From: Spirochaetota bacterium
Lineage (GTDB): Bacteria > Spirochaetota > Spirochaetia > Treponematales > UBA12059
Reading direction: 5' to 3'
Assembly (NCBI GenBank): GCA_003247225.1
Contig: QKAK01000057.1
Location: 4,774-68,773 of the forward strand
DNA: 64,000 nucleotides
The notes beneath the pieces were generated by a model that was not told where the DNA came from, made no database searches, and worked only from the letters and a program-made list of their open reading frames with translations. The translations under genes were made by a program, and so were the position numbers. This document shows positions 62,853-64,000 of the stretch, in pieces (positions within the stretch are counted from its first letter, which is position 1; every line of letters begins with the position of its first letter).

Positions 62853-63593
62853 ATGGACAGGATGAAGGATAAGGTGTGCGTCGTCACGGGCGGCGCGCGC
62901 GGCATAGGGCGCGGGATCGTCGAGACCTTCGCCCGCGAGGGGGCCCTGCGGGTGTGGGCCATCGACATGAACGCCGCCGACCTCGCGGCGCTCGAGAGGG
63001 ATATCCCCTGCGTCAAGGGCGAGGTCGTGAACGTGGCCGACGGCGCGGCCGTCGAGGCGTTCGTCGCGAAGGCCAAGGCCGAGCACGGGCGCATCGACGT
63101 GCTCGTCAATAACGCCGGCATCACGCGCGACGCGCTGATCCAGAAGATGACCGAGTCCGACTGGGACGCGGTCATCAACGTGAACCTGAAGGGGCCGTTC
63201 CTGATGACCAAGTACGTCGCCCCGGTGATGATGGAGGGCGGCTCCGGGTCGATCGTGTCGATCTCGAGCGTCGTCGGCCTCGACGGCAATATCGGGCAGA
63301 CGAACTACGCCGCGACCAAGGGCGGCGTCGTCGCGATGACCAAGGGCTGGGCGCGGGAATTCTCGCGCAAGGGCGCCAAGATCAGGGCCAACTGCGTGTC
63401 GCCGGGCTATACCCGCACCCCGATGATCGAGACGGTGCCCGAGAAGGTGCTCGAGCCGATCATCGCCCGTACCCCGCTCGGCAGGCTCGCCGAGATCCAG
63501 GACATCGCCAACGGCGTGCTGTTCCTTTCCTGCGACGAGGGCTCGTTCGTCAACGGCCAGGTGCTCCGCGTCGACGGCGGCCTGACCCTATAG
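62853..63593 (+). CDS. fabG: 3-oxoacyl-(ACP/CoA) reductase, SDR family
   Basis: VTGGARGIGRGI, NNAGI, S...YAATK and VNGQVLRVDGG; 246 aa. Confidence 0.85.
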   Translation: MDRMKDKVCVVTGGARGIGRGIVETFAREGALRVWAIDMNAADLAALERDIPCVKGEVVNVADGAAVEAFVAKAKAEHGRIDVLVNNAGITRDALIQKMTESDWDAVINVNLKGPFLMTKYVAPVMMEGGSGSIVSISSVVGLDGNIGQTNYAATKGGVVAMTKGWAREFSRKGAKIRANCVSPGYTRTPMIETVPEKVLEPIIARTPLGRLAEIQDIANGVLFLSCDEGSFVNGQVLRVDGGLTL

Positions 63594-63600
63594 GCCTCTG

Positions 63601-63631
63601 GGGCCGGGGCCGCCGACGGCGGTCCCGGCCC
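63601..63631 (+). other. GC stem-loop after fabG (no T tract)
   Basis: GGGCCGGGGCCGCC-GAC-GGCGGTCCCGGCCC; 14-bp stem with one GU pair. Confidence 0.4.
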
Positions 63632-63684
63632 TGATTGCATAGTTTCGGGCGCGTATGCGCCCGTCAGGTACAAGGAGGACAGTA

Positions 63685-64000
63685 ATGAAGAAAGCGCTCG
63701 CGATCCTCATGGTCGCCTGCCTCGCCGTCCCCGCCTTCGCCCAGTCGGGCGGGACCATCAAGATAGGCGGCACCTGGCCGCTCGGCGACATCACCGGGAA
63801 GCAGGGCAGCATGGCCGCCCAGCAGGCCGTGGACGAGATCAACGCCGCCGGCGGCGTGCTCGGCAAGAAGCTCGAGCTGATCGTCATCGACGACGAGCTC
63901 AAGGCCGACAAGGGCGCCGCCGCCATCGAGAAGCTGGTGACGGTCGATCAGGTCGACGTGCTGATGGGCGGCATGGCCTCCGGCGTGGCCCTCGGCCAGG
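63685..64000 (+). CDS. Branched-chain amino acid (Liv/Peripla_BP_6-type) ABC substrate-binding protein, N-terminal fragment (runs off window)
   Basis: Hand translation MKKALAILMVACLAVPAFAQSGGTIKIGGTWPLGDITGKQGSMAAQQAVDEINAAGGVLGKKLELIVIDDE...; AAGGAGG upstream. Confidence 0.75.
   Translation, partial: MKKALAILMVACLAVPAFAQSGGTIKIGGTWPLGDITGKQGSMAAQQAVDEINAAGGVLGKKLELIVIDDELKADKGAAAIEKLVTVDQVDVLMGGMASGVALGQ

Overview
The window is a GC-rich bacterial chromosome segment. EF-Tu and the gene order resemble my recollection of spirochaete genomes; this is inference, not a search result.

**Positions 1-5000.** Envelope and housekeeping genes: a partial PD40/TolB-like protein, a small Cys protein, a Cof-type HAD hydrolase, a DUF4384-like secreted protein and murJ.

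**Positions 5000-38700.** This stretch is almost entirely the conserved transcription/translation supercluster, all on the + strand:
- tRNA-Thr, rpmG, tRNA-Trp, secE, nusG, rplK, rplA, rplJ, rplL, rpoB, rpoC, rpsL, rpsG, tuf.
- After an interruption, rpsJ through rplQ (S10, spc and alpha operons, including secY, rpmJ and rpoA).
- The interruption (19650-24760) sits between tuf and rpsJ. It holds a duplicated tuf 3' end and terminator, a ugpB-ugpA-ugpE-like ABC importer with no ATPase gene, and an SH3b lipoprotein.

**Positions 38700-64000.** This part is metabolic and accessory:
- rarD.
- A tightly packed minus-strand operon: a 1157-aa PEPCK-motif protein, hutI, a DUF4392 protein, pxpA, a pxpB-pxpC fusion and a YcsI/DUF1445 protein.
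- A plus-strand operon: hutH, a PhnD-like binding protein, a HisKA_2 kinase, long-form hutU and a DmpA-like P1 peptidase.
- A divergent acyl-CoA/condensing-enzyme cluster: single-chain double TetR, atypical KAS III, CoA-transferase and thiolase on one side; a second atypical KAS III, fabG and a Liv-type binding protein on the other.

**Best candidates for something undescribed:**
- The hut neighbourhood has no recognisable formiminoglutamate-processing gene. Instead it couples hutI to split glutamate-cyclase-like proteins plus 5-oxoprolinase, and couples hutU to a DmpA-like hydrolase.
- Repeat architectures sit at the tRNA-Thr 3' end and the tuf 3' end.
- Two polypurine/polypyrimidine hairpins lie inside operons.

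**Limits.** No CRISPR array, transposase, integrase or recognisable defence genes were seen. All calls come from reading the ORF track and hand translation or folding. Hand-derived coordinates may be off by a few nt.
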